Of a stretch of DNA of 43,235 nucleotides, positions 1-9,998 are shown piece after piece. Source of the stretch: a virus (taxonomy: Duplodnaviria > Caudoviricetes). The notes beneath the pieces are model-generated. The model was not told the origin of the DNA. It saw nothing but the letters and a program-made list of their open reading frames with translations, and did no database searches. Made by a program: the position numbers and the translations under genes. The stretch covers positions 1-43,235 of IMG/VR virus record IMGVR_UViG_3300048670_000918. One strand, written 5' to 3'. The first letter of the stretch is position 1, and every line of letters begins with the position of its first letter.

Positions 1-3000
1 AACTAACTGCTTTGCTAGCTCTAGGGCGCTAAGCTGAGCCGTATTATTCATCAACTGTGCATTGACAATTTGCATTTCAATAACAGACAATTCTTTTGTC
101 TTTTCCAGTGCCAAAGTTAATTGCGGAATTTGGCTTTCGCGTGCTTTATCAGGCTTGCTGCCAGCGTCGCCGCCAGCGCCGCCGCCGCCGCCACTCACAG
201 TCGCAGAAGTGGTTACGCGCTGCTGTTCTGCTGCTGTTCGGAATTTCCGTGGATTCAAATTAACGACTTCTTCTGCATCTTTAATGCGCAACTTGGTTTC
301 AGTAATTTTGGCATTAATATTTTCACGACTTAAGCCACCAAGCACATTTCCTAAGTTACCCAAAGCTGTTTGAGATAGCGCACTTCCTGCCTTGGTCTGA
401 GTGGCCTGAAGCTTGGTCAGTTCACCTCGCAATTGCGCTAAATATTCAACTTGCTTTTGCTGGTCTGATGTAACTCTTTCCCTCGTGGCACCCGTATAAC
501 GCCTTTCGGCGGTCATGATAGGCACAGGACCAGAGGGGCCGACTGGATCTCTTGCGCCTCGTAAGCGATTAATTCGATCCTGCGCGTCTTTAAGTTCCGT
601 CAGTCCGTTGACGACTATGGTCACAGCAATGGCGATGGTTCCTATTGCGGCCATTCTTGCCAGGGAACCCAGCAATGTGTTTACAGGTGCGAGTGCCGCT
701 CCAGCGTTCCGTTGAAGGAGCATCATTTGCAACTGAGTGCCAGCAAGCGCCGTATTCGCTCCTGTTGTTTGAATTCCTACGGCATTAATTGCATATCCAA
801 ATGCAACAAAGCGAATAATAGCTGCGTTGATATTAGCAATTAGTCCCAAAAGAATCCTGCCACCCAATAAAGTAAATGCAGTATTTACCAAAAGTACGTT
901 TGCATATACCTTTAAGAGGAAGCCTGTAATAGGATTTCCAGCGACTGACGCCAAGAGTTGTGCAACGCTAAGTAGCAATTTTCCGAAGGTCTGAAGCGAT
1001 GGAATTAAGGCCGCTAAATTTGTGCGTATTCCTTCAAAAGAAGGTCTAAGGTTGTTTAATTGTTCAGCAAACGCACTGCCGGCTGCTGTTTGCGCGGCTT
1101 GTCCTGTGAAGAAGGCGTTGAAGCCATCGGTAAGAGTTTGCAACCCGGCACTTATTGGTTTGACGACGGCATCTAAGAAGCCAACAGCGACAGGCTCAAA
1201 TGCTTCGTAAAACAAAGTCAATGACGTTTGCATATTATTGATCGCCCCCTGGAAAGTCTTAGCCGCCCCTTCTGCGCCCTTCCCGAAGCGTTTTTCTAGA
1301 ACAATAGGCACATTGCTCATTACCGCTTCAAACTCTTTGCCTACAAAGACGCCATCTTCCATGGCCTTCTTAAAGGTTTTTATATCCATATTTGCGGCTT
1401 CTGCCATGATTGACAAAGCCCCAGGAATAACATCACCTAGCTGTCCACTCACCTCTTCCGACATTAACTGCCCTTTGCTCGCCATTTGAGAGAAGGCATA
1501 AGTCACTCGATCAACTTTGTCGCTGCTTAGGCCAAGAGTGGCTGACGCTTTGCTAATACCGAGGAACAAATCACCAATTTGATTTCCACTGAATCCCGCC
1601 GGCTTCATGGACGCATAGAGCTTGGTGAAACCATCACGGGCCGATTGAATTGGAATGTTGTATTTATCTACAGTGTCAATAATTAGCTGATTCGACGCGG
1701 CGGCATCAGCGGCGGTAGGTGAAATTGCATTTAGCGTATTTCTGAAGCTTTGCAGTGCGCCAACGGCTGCTCCTACTTGAGTAGGAAAGCTTTGCAAGAA
1801 TGCCAATGCCTTATATGCACTACCAAATAACAACACTTGCTTGGTCGCAAAGCCAAATTCTTGGCCGATTTCACGTACGAGTCCCGCGCCTGGCAGCTTC
1901 GGCATATTGAAATCACCACCGGGGCCGCCACCTCTTCGTGCAAAGTTACCAGGCCCGCCATAAGCACCGCCTCTAGGTGGCATACCGCCGCCGCCGGGGC
2001 CGCTATAAACCATTGCACCTCCCCTCTCATAAGGAACAATGGCACTCTGAGGGCGTGCTCCTCTGTAAGCGTAGGAATAGGGAGACGCACCTCTCCCTGC
2101 CATCCCACCTTCGCCCATAGCGTCAACACCTCGCAAGGCAGAGCGCATACGAGCTTCCCTCTCTCTTCTAGCAAAAAGCTCTGCCCTTGTCTCCCCCTCT
2201 CGCCCTAGTCGTCCAGTTCCATAGGGGTTGCTTGGTCTGCCCACTCCAGCAGGAAGGAACCCTGCAGTGCGAACGCCTCCAAGCATCGGCGCACCCATGC
2301 GTCCCAGGTCACGCACATTGACTTCTCTAATGGCATTGTTAAGACTTCCACGAAGATTGTCAACAAATTCGTTGGCTGCGTCTCTAATGGCAGCTTTCAT
2401 CGAAGGCGTCAGTAAGTCGCCTGACAGTAATTTTTGAGATGCAAAAGATGTTCCTGGAAGGCCAAGACGGTCAGCGCCAGAAGGAAGAGCCCTTCCCGTA
2501 GAAGACGGACCGATGGCAAAAGAAGTTCGTGGTGTGGTAGCCCCAAAGTTCAACGAGGGCAATGCCCTCGCTTGGGCAATTTGTCTGCCTATTTCAGGGC
2601 CACTCATGCCGCCCATCATTAGCGCCATCCGCGCCAGGCGGTCCAACATTCGCTGCATCTTGCGCGTAGCAGACTGCTCGGCAATTTCTATAGACTTCAG
2701 CAAACCTTGCTCAAAGCCCTGTCCAGCCGCTTCGCCCAGCTTCTTGAATTCCTTTGACGGACTAGCAATACCAAGAACAGTCTTGAACGAAGTTATTAAA
2801 TTGCTACCTAGTGCTTGAGCTGCTGCCTGTATATCCGCATCTCCACTTTTTAATCCATTGAGCAAACCAGCAATAGAGTCCTTTCCAATACTTCCAAGCG
2901 CTGCCACCATTTGAGCCCTAGTGGCGGCTAGCGTTTTGTCATCTACAAGTCCCCCTTGTACTGCAGCCCCGAAAAGCGCCTTAATTTCAGCGGCAGCAAA

Positions 3001-3327
3001 TCCCCCCTTTGTCTTCGTGCGACTTAATACCTGTGTTCCAATTGGCAGTCCGCCTTTTGCGCCGCCAGCGGCTTGCTGCACTTTACCAAGCGCCTTGATT
3101 AGTCTGTCGGCATTCTTGATTTCTGCTTCTAAATTTGTATTAATTACGACGTTAAATTTCTTGCCGCCGATATAGCGATTTAACAGTCGAAATTCGCTGA
3201 CAATAGCCTGCCTATCAAACTTAGGACGAATGGAAACATTCGCTCCGGCAAACTCCAACGGAAGGCGCGAAATCTGGCCTTTCAGGTAGCTTGTGTCTAG
3301 AGATACCCTAAGCTTTAGCTCAGCCAT
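1..3327 (-). CDS. Tail tape measure protein (3' end beyond window)
   Basis: Absent from the ORF track because it runs off the edge. Starts ATG 3327 (MAELKLRVSLD...). Contains the tape-measure segment LSSDKVDRVTYAFSQMASKGQLMSEEVSGQLGDVIPGAL, is Ala/Gly rich, and lies directly after the tail chaperones. Confidence 0.92.
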   Translation of the reverse strand, partial: MAELKLRVSLDTSYLKGQISRLPLEFAGANVSIRPKFDRQAIVSEFRLLNRYIGGKKFNVVINTNLEAEIKNADRLIKALGKVQQAAGGAKGGLPIGTQVLSRTKTKGGFAAAEIKALFGAAVQGGLVDDKTLAATRAQMVAALGSIGKDSIAGLLNGLKSGDADIQAAAQALGSNLITSFKTVLGIASPSKEFKKLGEAAGQGFEQGLLKSIEIAEQSATRKMQRMLDRLARMALMMGGMSGPEIGRQIAQARALPSLNFGATTPRTSFAIGPSSTGRALPSGADRLGLPGTSFASQKLLSGDLLTPSMKAAIRDAANEFVDNLRGSLNNAIREVNVRDLGRMGAPMLGGVRTAGFLPAGVGRPSNPYGTGRLGREGETRAELFARREREARMRSALRGVDAMGEGGMAGRGASPYSYAYRGARPQSAIVPYERGGAMVYSGPGGGGMPPRGGAYGGPGNFARRGGGPGGDFNMPKLPGAGLVREIGQEFGFATKQVLLFGSAYKALAFLQSFPTQVGAAVGALQSFRNTLNAISPTAADAAASNQLIIDTVDKYNIPIQSARDGFTKLYASMKPAGFSGNQIGDLFLGISKASATLGLSSDKVDRVTYAFSQMASKGQLMSEEVSGQLGDVIPGALSIMAEAANMDIKTFKKAMEDGVFVGKEFEAVMSNVPIVLEKRFGKGAEGAAKTFQGAINNMQTSLTLFYEAFEPVAVGFLDAVVKPISAGLQTLTDGFNAFFTGQAAQTAAGSAFAEQLNNLRPSFEGIRTNLAALIPSLQTFGKLLLSVAQLLASVAGNPITGFLLKVYANVLLVNTAFTLLGGRILLGLIANINAAIIRFVAFGYAINAVGIQTTGANTALAGTQLQMMLLQRNAGAALAPVNTLLGSLARMAAIGTIAIAVTIVVNGLTELKDAQDRINRLRGARDPVGPSGPVPIMTAERRYTGATRERVTSDQQKQVEYLAQLRGELTKLQATQTKAGSALSQTALGNLGNVLGGLSRENINAKITETKLRIKDAEEVVNLNPRKFRTAAEQQRVTTSATVSGGGGGAGGDAGSKPDKARESQIPQLTLALEKTKELSVIEMQIVNAQLMNNTAQLSALELAKQLV

Positions 3328-3360
3328 ATTCGCACAATATTCCTATTGTTCGTAGTGTAG

Positions 3361-3837
3361 CTACTCACTAGATTGTTCACGCGAGGAAGCAGTCTTTAAT
3401 TCATCAACAAGCAAAGCAATAACTCGTCCATCCATCTTTCTGGAGCGCATTAAACGCTTCAATACTGCCAAGCTTTCATCAGAAAGACCATTCTCTTTCT
3501 TGATTTTTTTAGTATCAAACGGCAGGAAATCATCAACGGAAACCCTGGCTTTCTTTCCGCCAAGTGCTCCTACTACTACAGTTCCAAGCTTTGCAGTGGA
3601 AATGCTATGGATATTGTATTTTGTAATGTCATGCTTTTCTAGCCACTTCAACGCAGTCACCACGTCCTGTACGCGCTGCTTGCCGAAATTATTCCCCTCC
3701 CATCGTCTATCCCTGAAGTCTGAGGCATTGAGACGAAAATAAATTTCGTCCCATTTTGTCAAGCTTTTAAGAAATTGCCGGGCTTGTTTCTCTAGTCGTT
3801 CGGCAACACTTCCTTCGTCCGGCGGGGTGCTTTTTTT
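3361..3837 (-). CDS. Tail assembly chaperone, frameshift (gpGT-like) C-terminal part
   Basis: The -1 frame is open from the A7 run at 3831-3837 (KKSTPPDEGSVAERLEKQARQFLKSLTKWDEIYFRL...) to the stop at 3361; position before the tape measure. Confidence 0.8.
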   Translation of the reverse strand, partial: KKSTPPDEGSVAERLEKQARQFLKSLTKWDEIYFRLNASDFRDRRWEGNNFGKQRVQDVVTALKWLEKHDITKYNIHSISTAKLGTVVVGALGGKKARVSVDDFLPFDTKKIKKENGLSDESLAVLKRLMRSRKMDGRVIALLVDELKTASSREQSSE

Positions 3838-4337
3838 GCTTGCCCCGCTTCCTTCGCCTCAGCTTCCTGCTCGCTCATGATGAATTCCATGCCCTTGGCA
3901 ATTACTCGCCGCCCCATGGTCTTAGTGTCTTCAATGGACCAGTCATCAAGGGGCAGCCATTCTTCGCCAATAAGCCCTTCGCCACGGCAACGAATGAATA
4001 CAGTGACCATGCGTGCATTGCCAGTTTCAACGCTACCACCACTGTTGATCATGCCAAGTGTTTCTTCAGTGAAATCACTGAGAAGCTCCATCTCGCTCAT
4101 GTCAGCGCCACCTTGCAGCAAGGCGAATGCTTCATCAAGGGGAATGTCTTTAGCCGTAGCAATACGCTTAGCTAGTTGCACTGCACGAATAGTGGCCTGA
4201 CTTTGCGCCTTGCTTAGTTCTTCTTGTTCAATGCCTTCTGCAACAAGCCAGCCGCCATGCTTACGCAAACGCACTTTAGGCGTGAGTTCAAAGAACTCTG
4301 GCTCTTCGCTTTGAAGGAGGAAACTATACTTGCTCAT
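3792..4337 (-). CDS. Tail assembly chaperone (gpG-like)
   Basis: 181 aa acidic ORF between tail genes and tape measure, with a slippery A AAA AAA near its end. Confidence 0.75.
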   Translation of the reverse strand: MSKYSFLLQSEEPEFFELTPKVRLRKHGGWLVAEGIEQEELSKAQSQATIRAVQLAKRIATAKDIPLDEAFALLQGGADMSEMELLSDFTEETLGMINSGGSVETGNARMVTVFIRCRGEGLIGEEWLPLDDWSIEDTKTMGRRVIAKGMEFIMSEQEAEAKEAGQAKKAPRRTKEVLPND

Positions 4338-4563
4338 GATCGAGGACGTTCAAGATGGCGTTGAATACCTTCACCCTTTCGCTTTGTGAACGAAATTCCT
4401 TCGGCACTTCAACGAGAAAAGAGTGATCTTCGTTTGCAATTCTAATAGTCTCTTCTGGGAATGCCATAAGGCAGAGGATGCCGGTTTCGATGCTGGCGCC
4501 TTCGTAGTGACAGTTAATGGCATGGCATCGTCCGTCTTTGCTCCATAGATAATCAATTTGCAT
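4324..4563 (-). CDS. Hypothetical protein, tail module
   Basis: 79 aa ORF overlapping both neighbours in the operon. Confidence 0.65.
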   Translation of the reverse strand: MQIDYLWSKDGRCHAINCHYEGASIETGILCLMAFPEETIRIANEDHSFLVEVPKEFRSQSERVKVFNAILNVLDHEQV

Positions 4564-5023
4564 TGAGAGCCGTTAATCTTGCTTGCACTCTATCCAGTAA
4601 ATTCAAGCCAATGTCGCTCATGAAGGAAAACTTTGCATCAGACACTTGGTCTGTAAACTTGCGTGCTCTAATATTACTTCCCCTGCCTTCGTGAACATAC
4701 CATGCGTATTCTTCTGGAGTTTTTGCGTTGTTCTTAGCATCCCAATGCCAATGCGCTTCGGCTCCGCCTGTCCCCGCCGTAAAATTGTAGCTTTTAATAC
4801 CACTTTCATAAAGCTTGCCCAAGTCATAAATGTCACGAAGTTCCGGTCCCACTGTTTCCCTATTCTTCCTAAAAGTCACAGCCTCGTATTCCCATTTTTT
4901 ATCTCCAAATTGCGAGTCCCAATGTTTTCCATTGATCTCTTCTTTAGTCCAGTCTTCAAAAGCCTGGAGAATAGCTTGCTCAATGCGCTTTATACCAATA
5001 ATTTTTGCGTTAACAACTGCCAT
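4553..5023 (-). CDS. Putative neck/tail-completion protein (HK97 gp10-like)
   Basis: RDIYDLGKLYES...YAWYVHEG...ARKFT pattern typical of gp10-like proteins; synteny. Confidence 0.6.
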   Translation of the reverse strand: MAVVNAKIIGIKRIEQAILQAFEDWTKEEINGKHWDSQFGDKKWEYEAVTFRKNRETVGPELRDIYDLGKLYESGIKSYNFTAGTGGAEAHWHWDAKNNAKTPEEYAWYVHEGRGSNIRARKFTDQVSDAKFSFMSDIGLNLLDRVQARLTALNAN

Positions 5024-5025
5024 GG

Positions 5026-5436
5026 TTAGGGGCCAGGGTAAAGGCGACGAATGGTCATATCAGGAATAATAAATCTGCAGCGTTCGTAAGCAATGTCATC
5101 ACCAGGAGTGAATCGTAAGGCAGCATCAGGAAAGCGCCTTACCATTCTGTCCATTGCTTCTGAAATTTCCTTTCCATCAGGGTTGTATTGAACAATCATC
5201 ACTTCCCATTGTTGGAGCACTTTGGCAACGCCCACGCCAGCCCCTGTCACCAACTCGGGATACTGCCGCATTGTCACCTCCAAGCCCGTCGCCTTCCACT
5301 CTGTTGGCACGCTTTTCTGGCCCACTACATACACGGCAGGAATGCTCGTGCCATTTGGAAACGTATAAGAACCTATTAAATCAGGCGACGCCGAAAGTAG
5401 TTCAACGATGGTTTCCCGAAGCTGAGTAATGTTCAC
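5026..5436 (-). CDS. Putative tail terminator protein
   Basis: About 136 aa; likely GTG start at 5436 just after the terminator; size and synteny. Confidence 0.5.
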   Translation of the reverse strand: MNITQLRETIVELLSASPDLIGSYTFPNGTSIPAVYVVGQKSVPTEWKATGLEVTMRQYPELVTGAGVGVAKVLQQWEVMIVQYNPDGKEISEAMDRMVRRFPDAALRFTPGDDIAYERCRFIIPDMTIRRLYPGP

Positions 5437-5438
5437 AA

Positions 5439-5467
5439 TAAAAAAGCCTCCCCGTAAGGAGAGGCTA
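5439..5467 (-). terminator. Intrinsic terminator after major tail gene
   Basis: Minus strand AGCCTCTCC-TTAC-GGGGAGGCT followed by a T run. Confidence 0.8.
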
Positions 5468-5490
5468 ACAGAAAACAACGAAACGAAGGC

Positions 5491-6066
5491 TCAGTTAGGA
5501 GCAGTCGGGATGATGCTGCCAGTGTTGGTAGCATTCTGATGGATGCCAATGCGACCACGGCTCATGAGGTCGAAGCTGCATTCAACGAGGTTATCAGCAG
5601 GATAGCTTTCGTTATAGTTCATAACGCAAGCCACATAAGCCACGCGGTCATAGTAGAACGTAGTACCGCTCACGCCAAGTTGCTTGTTAATTTCAACGTA
5701 GATTTCAGCGTTCTTGTTGTAACGGGCCTCAGCAATTACTTGGAAAGCTTCGTCAAAACTATTAGGAACAAACACCGTGCCGTCAACATCCTTTTGGAAG
5801 TAGGAAGTAACGGAAGCAGTGGCTGCACTGGTGACGATCACGCTGTCAGAGAAGCCACCGCCGCCAAGCAGGTAGAATTCTGTGTTGCCATCATTGAAGG
5901 CAACGGAAGCCGTGGTGGCTGCTTGCAGCGTATAAAGAGTAGGAGCGCCGCTCACCGTAAAGGTGGCGCCACTTTGAGAAATAACTGGACGGGCCAAACC
6001 AGCAACAGAACCAACACGTACAATTACGTCTTGGCTCTTAACCAGTTCTGTGGGGTGGTAGAGCAT
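5491..6066 (-). CDS. Major tail tube protein
   Basis: 191 aa, Ser/Thr/Gly-rich beta-type sequence ending YPADNLVECSFDLMSRG; followed by a terminator; synteny. Confidence 0.75.
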   Translation of the reverse strand: MLYHPTELVKSQDVIVRVGSVAGLARPVISQSGATFTVSGAPTLYTLQAATTASVAFNDGNTEFYLLGGGGFSDSVIVTSAATASVTSYFQKDVDGTVFVPNSFDEAFQVIAEARYNKNAEIYVEINKQLGVSGTTFYYDRVAYVACVMNYNESYPADNLVECSFDLMSRGRIGIHQNATNTGSIIPTAPN

Positions 6067-6107
6067 GAGATTGCCTCAGCAATGGGAAAAGAGAAAGTGG
6101 TTAAGCG

Positions 6108-6497
6108 TCAAACGTTTTGTACGCTTCCTTTGCCAACCAGTCTAAAGATGCCTCTGACTGGTGCGCCTAAGAACTGCCAATAGTGTTCAGCAATTTGTTC
6201 ATTAGGCAATAGCTCAAACCGTCCTTCTCTCCCATTGATGGTGGCAGTAGCAGAACTACCAGGAGTGACGCCAGAGAGGGCTAGAGGCCCCGTTAAGCGT
6301 CCTTCCATATACACAGCCGTATTATCAGCGCCAAGCAAATAATCGTACTGTGGATTGCGCTTTTGCCGCAAGCTGGCATAGTAAGTGATGCCTGATGAAA
6401 GGCCCACATAATTGCCAGTTTCAGAATCAAGGGCATAGCCAGAAGCTACGGACCACACAAGGGTGGCATTAGCTAATGGTGAGAGGCCGTTGATCAT
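6108..6497 (-). CDS. Putative head-closure protein
   Basis: 129 aa ORF after the adaptor gene; synteny. Confidence 0.5.
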   Translation of the reverse strand: MINGLSPLANATLVWSVASGYALDSETGNYVGLSSGITYYASLRQKRNPQYDYLLGADNTAVYMEGRLTGPLALSGVTPGSSATATINGREGRFELLPNEQIAEHYWQFLGAPVRGIFRLVGKGSVQNV

Positions 6498-6814
6498 GCG
6501 ACAAAACCAATGGAGAAAGAACCAGCGACGGTTTCAGTCATTCGTTTGAACTCTTGGCCATATTGTGTGGCCTCCAGTCCTTTGCCATATACCTTACCCT
6601 CTGTGGCACCAATTTGAATGCCCATTTGTGCAAGTTGAATGGCAATGATATGTGCAGCAAGATGCTTTACGGCACGATCAGTTTGATCTCCAAAAACATC
6701 TTCACTGGCATCTGCTGTGGCTTCAGTGATGGCCCCGTTTACAATTCCCGATGGATGGGGCGTAAATTCAGGGAAACGATCAAGAAACGTTGCATAAGTA
6801 ACAGTCATGGTCAA
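6494..6814 (-). CDS. Head-tail adaptor (DUF4054-like)
   Basis: FLDRFPEF...LAAH...TQYGQEF motifs characteristic of DUF4054. Confidence 0.8.
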   Translation of the reverse strand: MTMTVTYATFLDRFPEFTPHPSGIVNGAITEATADASEDVFGDQTDRAVKHLAAHIIAIQLAQMGIQIGATEGKVYGKGLEATQYGQEFKRMTETVAGSFSIGFVA

Positions 6815-7197
6815 GCCCTTCCTGCCTTAATTGCTTCTTGACGTTTTGCAATGGCATTACGAACCCTCACGCGGCCTTCGATTTTTTTCCATGACGCTAG
6901 TTGATCTAGGTCATGAATTATTTCAATGGTCCGAGAGGCTTCAATAATGGGGAGATTAGCAAGAGTTTGCACATCATGAGGAATGGTTTCCACAGTCGGC
7001 TGTTCCCTTACTTCTTCAATGGCGCCAATGGTCATCAATCGCTTAACGGTTGAATTGTCACGGGCTTTCTTCCATTCATCTTCTGGCACTTCTTGGTTGA
7101 GACCAGGCGCCAGTTGAATCATCCCTCCATCGGTGATAATGCCGAAGCCACCTTCACGAGGCGGATTTTCAAGTTCAGGGCGATAAGCAATTAACAT
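6811..7197 (-). CDS. Hypothetical head-associated protein
   Basis: ORF directly downstream of the capsid gene; likely start ATG 7197. Confidence 0.65.
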   Translation of the reverse strand: MLIAYRPELENPPREGGFGIITDGGMIQLAPGLNQEVPEDEWKKARDNSTVKRLMTIGAIEEVREQPTVETIPHDVQTLANLPIIEASRTIEIIHDLDQLASWKKIEGRVRVRNAIAKRQEAIKAGRA

Positions 7198-7250
7198 TTG
7201 ATTGTTCTTTAGAACTGTCAATTAGCTTAACGCCCCTTCCTTGTCTAGGC

Positions 7251-8165
7251 TCAAGACGAAGCTTGAACGTAGATGACGCTCTTGGGGTAGTACAGTGCCA
7301 CGCCACCCACGCGAGCGTGAGCAGGAACAATGAACTCAAGACCGCGCTGCTGGGGCGGGAATAGCTCCAACGGTTGGGGAATGTGCAGTTGCACTTTCTC
7401 AGGGTCGCGCTTGTACACAACCATGCGGTTAGTGAACAGTCGGCCAGAGTTTTTGCCCTTGGTCAGTTGGTTGATTGGCTCAACATTACGGATGTAGGGG
7501 CTGGTGCGGAGGAAATACTCAAGCACAGTCACGTCTGAAGAATCAGAGTTGCGAGTGGTGCTGATCTTGTTGTAGTCCTCGTAAGGCAACAGGATAGTGT
7601 CGGGCTGCTCCTTCATGTTGGAAGCGTTGATGATGGCGCTAACGCCATAGTTCAACAGTTCCAGCATTTCCTGAGCAGTGGTGCTAGCACCCGTGAACCA
7701 TTTGTCAGCAGCAATGATATCAACAGTGGAGTTGTTGAAGAAACCAGCCAGTCCAACGGTGGATAGACCGAACATGGCAACATCTTCAACTTTCTCTTCG
7801 TAAGCGCGACGAACGGCAGAAGCGCGACGTTGCTCAAGAGCAATGTTTGCCATTTGAGCGGCACGCAGTTCCTGCACGGTGTAGCCAAAGCTACCGCCGA
7901 ACGAACGAATGTTGATGCTCTTCTCCACTTGGCTGATGTCGGCACGGGGCAGATCATCAGCAGCATCCGCAATCAGCTCAAAGTCTCCAGTGGAGTCCAT
8001 GATGCGGTAGGTGAAGGTTTGTGCGCCAGGACCAGCTTCGCTGGTTACAGGCAGCAGAGTGGGGTATTTGATATCTGCATAAGTGATATCAAATACTTGA
8101 GGGCGGATGAACTCAAGCTGACGCTGGAGAAACAGACCCGCATCGTCCATGCGAAAATCAGACAT
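7251..8165 (-). CDS. Major capsid protein (DUF2184 / HK97-fold family)
   Basis: FLQRQLEFI, DDLPRAD, GYTVQELRAA, GFFNN and GGVALYYP motifs; likely start ATG 8165. Confidence 0.92.
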   Translation of the reverse strand: MSDFRMDDAGLFLQRQLEFIRPQVFDITYADIKYPTLLPVTSEAGPGAQTFTYRIMDSTGDFELIADAADDLPRADISQVEKSINIRSFGGSFGYTVQELRAAQMANIALEQRRASAVRRAYEEKVEDVAMFGLSTVGLAGFFNNSTVDIIAADKWFTGASTTAQEMLELLNYGVSAIINASNMKEQPDTILLPYEDYNKISTTRNSDSSDVTVLEYFLRTSPYIRNVEPINQLTKGKNSGRLFTNRMVVYKRDPEKVQLHIPQPLELFPPQQRGLEFIVPAHARVGGVALYYPKSVIYVQASS

Positions 8166-8179
8166 AATAGGGCCTCCTA

Positions 8180-8740
8180 TCAAGAATCAGCGGAGAGAGT
8201 GAAGCTTGGGCCATTCAGTTCCAGGATTGCCAGTCCGCTACCAGTGGTGGAGGACAGATAGCGAGCGTTGGAAAGGCGAACGGTTCTGCCAGAAGCAAAG
8301 GCATGGCTGAATTGACCAGCCTTGCCAGTGCCGCTTGCTGTATGCAGCACGCGAACGATGGAAGAAGGGTTGACAGCGCCAGTCACATAGACAGCCACTG
8401 CGCCTTCGTTGGCAACGTTCAGCACTTGATCAATCTTTACGCCTGGGCGAAGATCGCTATTAAGCGCAGTCTCGTCAACGTAGGTGAGCACGTTTACGCC
8501 CAAGACGGTGCCAGTGGCGCCAGAGATGGTGGTAGCAGAGTTGGCAACAGTGCCTGCAAGGTTATAAACCTGCAAGTCTCCGAAAGGCAGTACAACTGCA
8601 GTTTCGTTGATAAAGGTGCCAATGGTGTTGTCGCGAATGTCAGCGAGTTGGCCTTCCAGAAGCGCAGCGTGAACGAGAGCATAGCTCTGTTGCACACCAC
8701 CAGCGGAAGCGGTCCCTGACGTGGTAAAAGTTACGGCCAT
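8180..8740 (-). CDS. Capsid decoration/cement protein
   Basis: 186 aa Ala/Thr/Gly-rich ORF between scaffold and capsid genes, with a PFG...G.V.V pattern. Confidence 0.7.
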   Translation of the reverse strand: MAVTFTTSGTASAGGVQQSYALVHAALLEGQLADIRDNTIGTFINETAVVLPFGDLQVYNLAGTVANSATTISGATGTVLGVNVLTYVDETALNSDLRPGVKIDQVLNVANEGAVAVYVTGAVNPSSIVRVLHTASGTGKAGQFSHAFASGRTVRLSNARYLSSTTGSGLAILELNGPSFTLSADS

Positions 8741-8743
8741 GGG

Positions 8744-9937
8744 TCAGCGCTCCTTAGAGACGGAGAGAGGGGATTTCCAAGCATTCTGCAGCTTGTCCAT
8801 ATAGGACAAAGGAGCAGACATTGGGGAAGCGATGGAAGCAACGGCTTTACGCAGTTCTTCCGTAGCAGCAGAATCGCCACGGGGGGCAGATTCAGCCAAG
8901 GTGTCGAACATCGCAGTCACATAATCATCGGAACGCTCCGACAGATCAGCATCACCACGAACAGCCTTAATGGAAGCTTCCATGATTTCACGGGCAGATT
9001 TGCCAGCGAAGTCAAAAGCGGAGTCAAGGGAAGTACGAGCTTTGTCAATCAGCGCAATGCGCTCTTCAACAAGGCTGTCAACATTCACTTGCTTAGCAGC
9101 GTCAAGGTCAGTCTTGAGGCTTTCCACTTCTTCGGCAAGAGCATCGGCCCGCCCTTCGGCAGAGTCGCACTTACCTTTCATTTCCTTTTGCATGGCATCC
9201 ATTTCTTCCTTCATTTCGGAAGCTTTGGACATCATGCCATCGTACATTTTCTTCATGTCCTCGTAGGACTTTTTGGCGTCTTCCCGTTCTTTAGTGACAG
9301 CCAGAGCTACGCTCTCGGTCACCTCAAACTCAGCGCCATCGAAGTTGACTTTTGCAGTCATAGATGGTTCCTCAATGGGAGTAAATAGAGAAGGATCGGC
9401 AGCATCCAGACGGTCTAGATGAAGCTTCACTTGCGGGCCAGCGCGGCCCCTACGAACAACAGCAATGTGATTTCCGCTGATTTCCTTTTGGATGCCATCG
9501 TAATTTTCACCACTGTCAGTAACGCCTGGAGTCGCTTCATAATTGACGCGATAACCAGCGCTGACCTCCTTCGCATCACCGCGCATAATGCGCTCAATGG
9601 CTTCCTGATCAGTGATGGTCATAACAGCACGAACGAATCCGTCGTCATATACCACTTCAGTGCCACTAAAGCCAATTTGATAGTCCTTTGTATTGGCGCT
9701 ATCTAATAGAACTGGAGGATGCTCAAGAGTAATCGCTTTGCCCGCAAATGAGGCCAAGCTTTCAGGAGACGCCACTTCACCTTCGGGACGATATTCACGG
9801 CGAATGGAACCATCTGCATCGGTGTACATTTGTACACCAGTGCGTGCGATGGTTGCCCAAGCACGGAGATAACCTTCGGGGGTTAGCTCGTACTTGTCAA
9901 TCGGCGCTACGTCGTAACGAAAGCATGTGTCGCTCAT
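8744..9937 (-). CDS. Prohead protease/scaffold (DUF2213)
   Basis: TPEGYL, IARTGVQ.Y, TLEHP, EVSAGY, NHIAVV..GRAG motifs; coiled-coil C-terminal scaffold region. Confidence 0.9.
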   Translation of the reverse strand: MSDTCFRYDVAPIDKYELTPEGYLRAWATIARTGVQMYTDADGSIRREYRPEGEVASPESLASFAGKAITLEHPPVLLDSANTKDYQIGFSGTEVVYDDGFVRAVMTITDQEAIERIMRGDAKEVSAGYRVNYEATPGVTDSGENYDGIQKEISGNHIAVVRRGRAGPQVKLHLDRLDAADPSLFTPIEEPSMTAKVNFDGAEFEVTESVALAVTKEREDAKKSYEDMKKMYDGMMSKASEMKEEMDAMQKEMKGKCDSAEGRADALAEEVESLKTDLDAAKQVNVDSLVEERIALIDKARTSLDSAFDFAGKSAREIMEASIKAVRGDADLSERSDDYVTAMFDTLAESAPRGDSAATEELRKAVASIASPMSAPLSYMDKLQNAWKSPLSVSKER

Positions 9938-9998
9938 GAGCATACTCTATCAAATAAGAATATGCGTGATAGACTAACTTAGGCTATCTTGCCTAGAA

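Noticed and set aside
62-3175. Many plus-strand ORFs and the 133-aa minus-strand ORF at 1773-2174
   Set aside because: Antisense or off-frame shadows of the tape-measure gene, which the ORF track missed because it runs off the edge.
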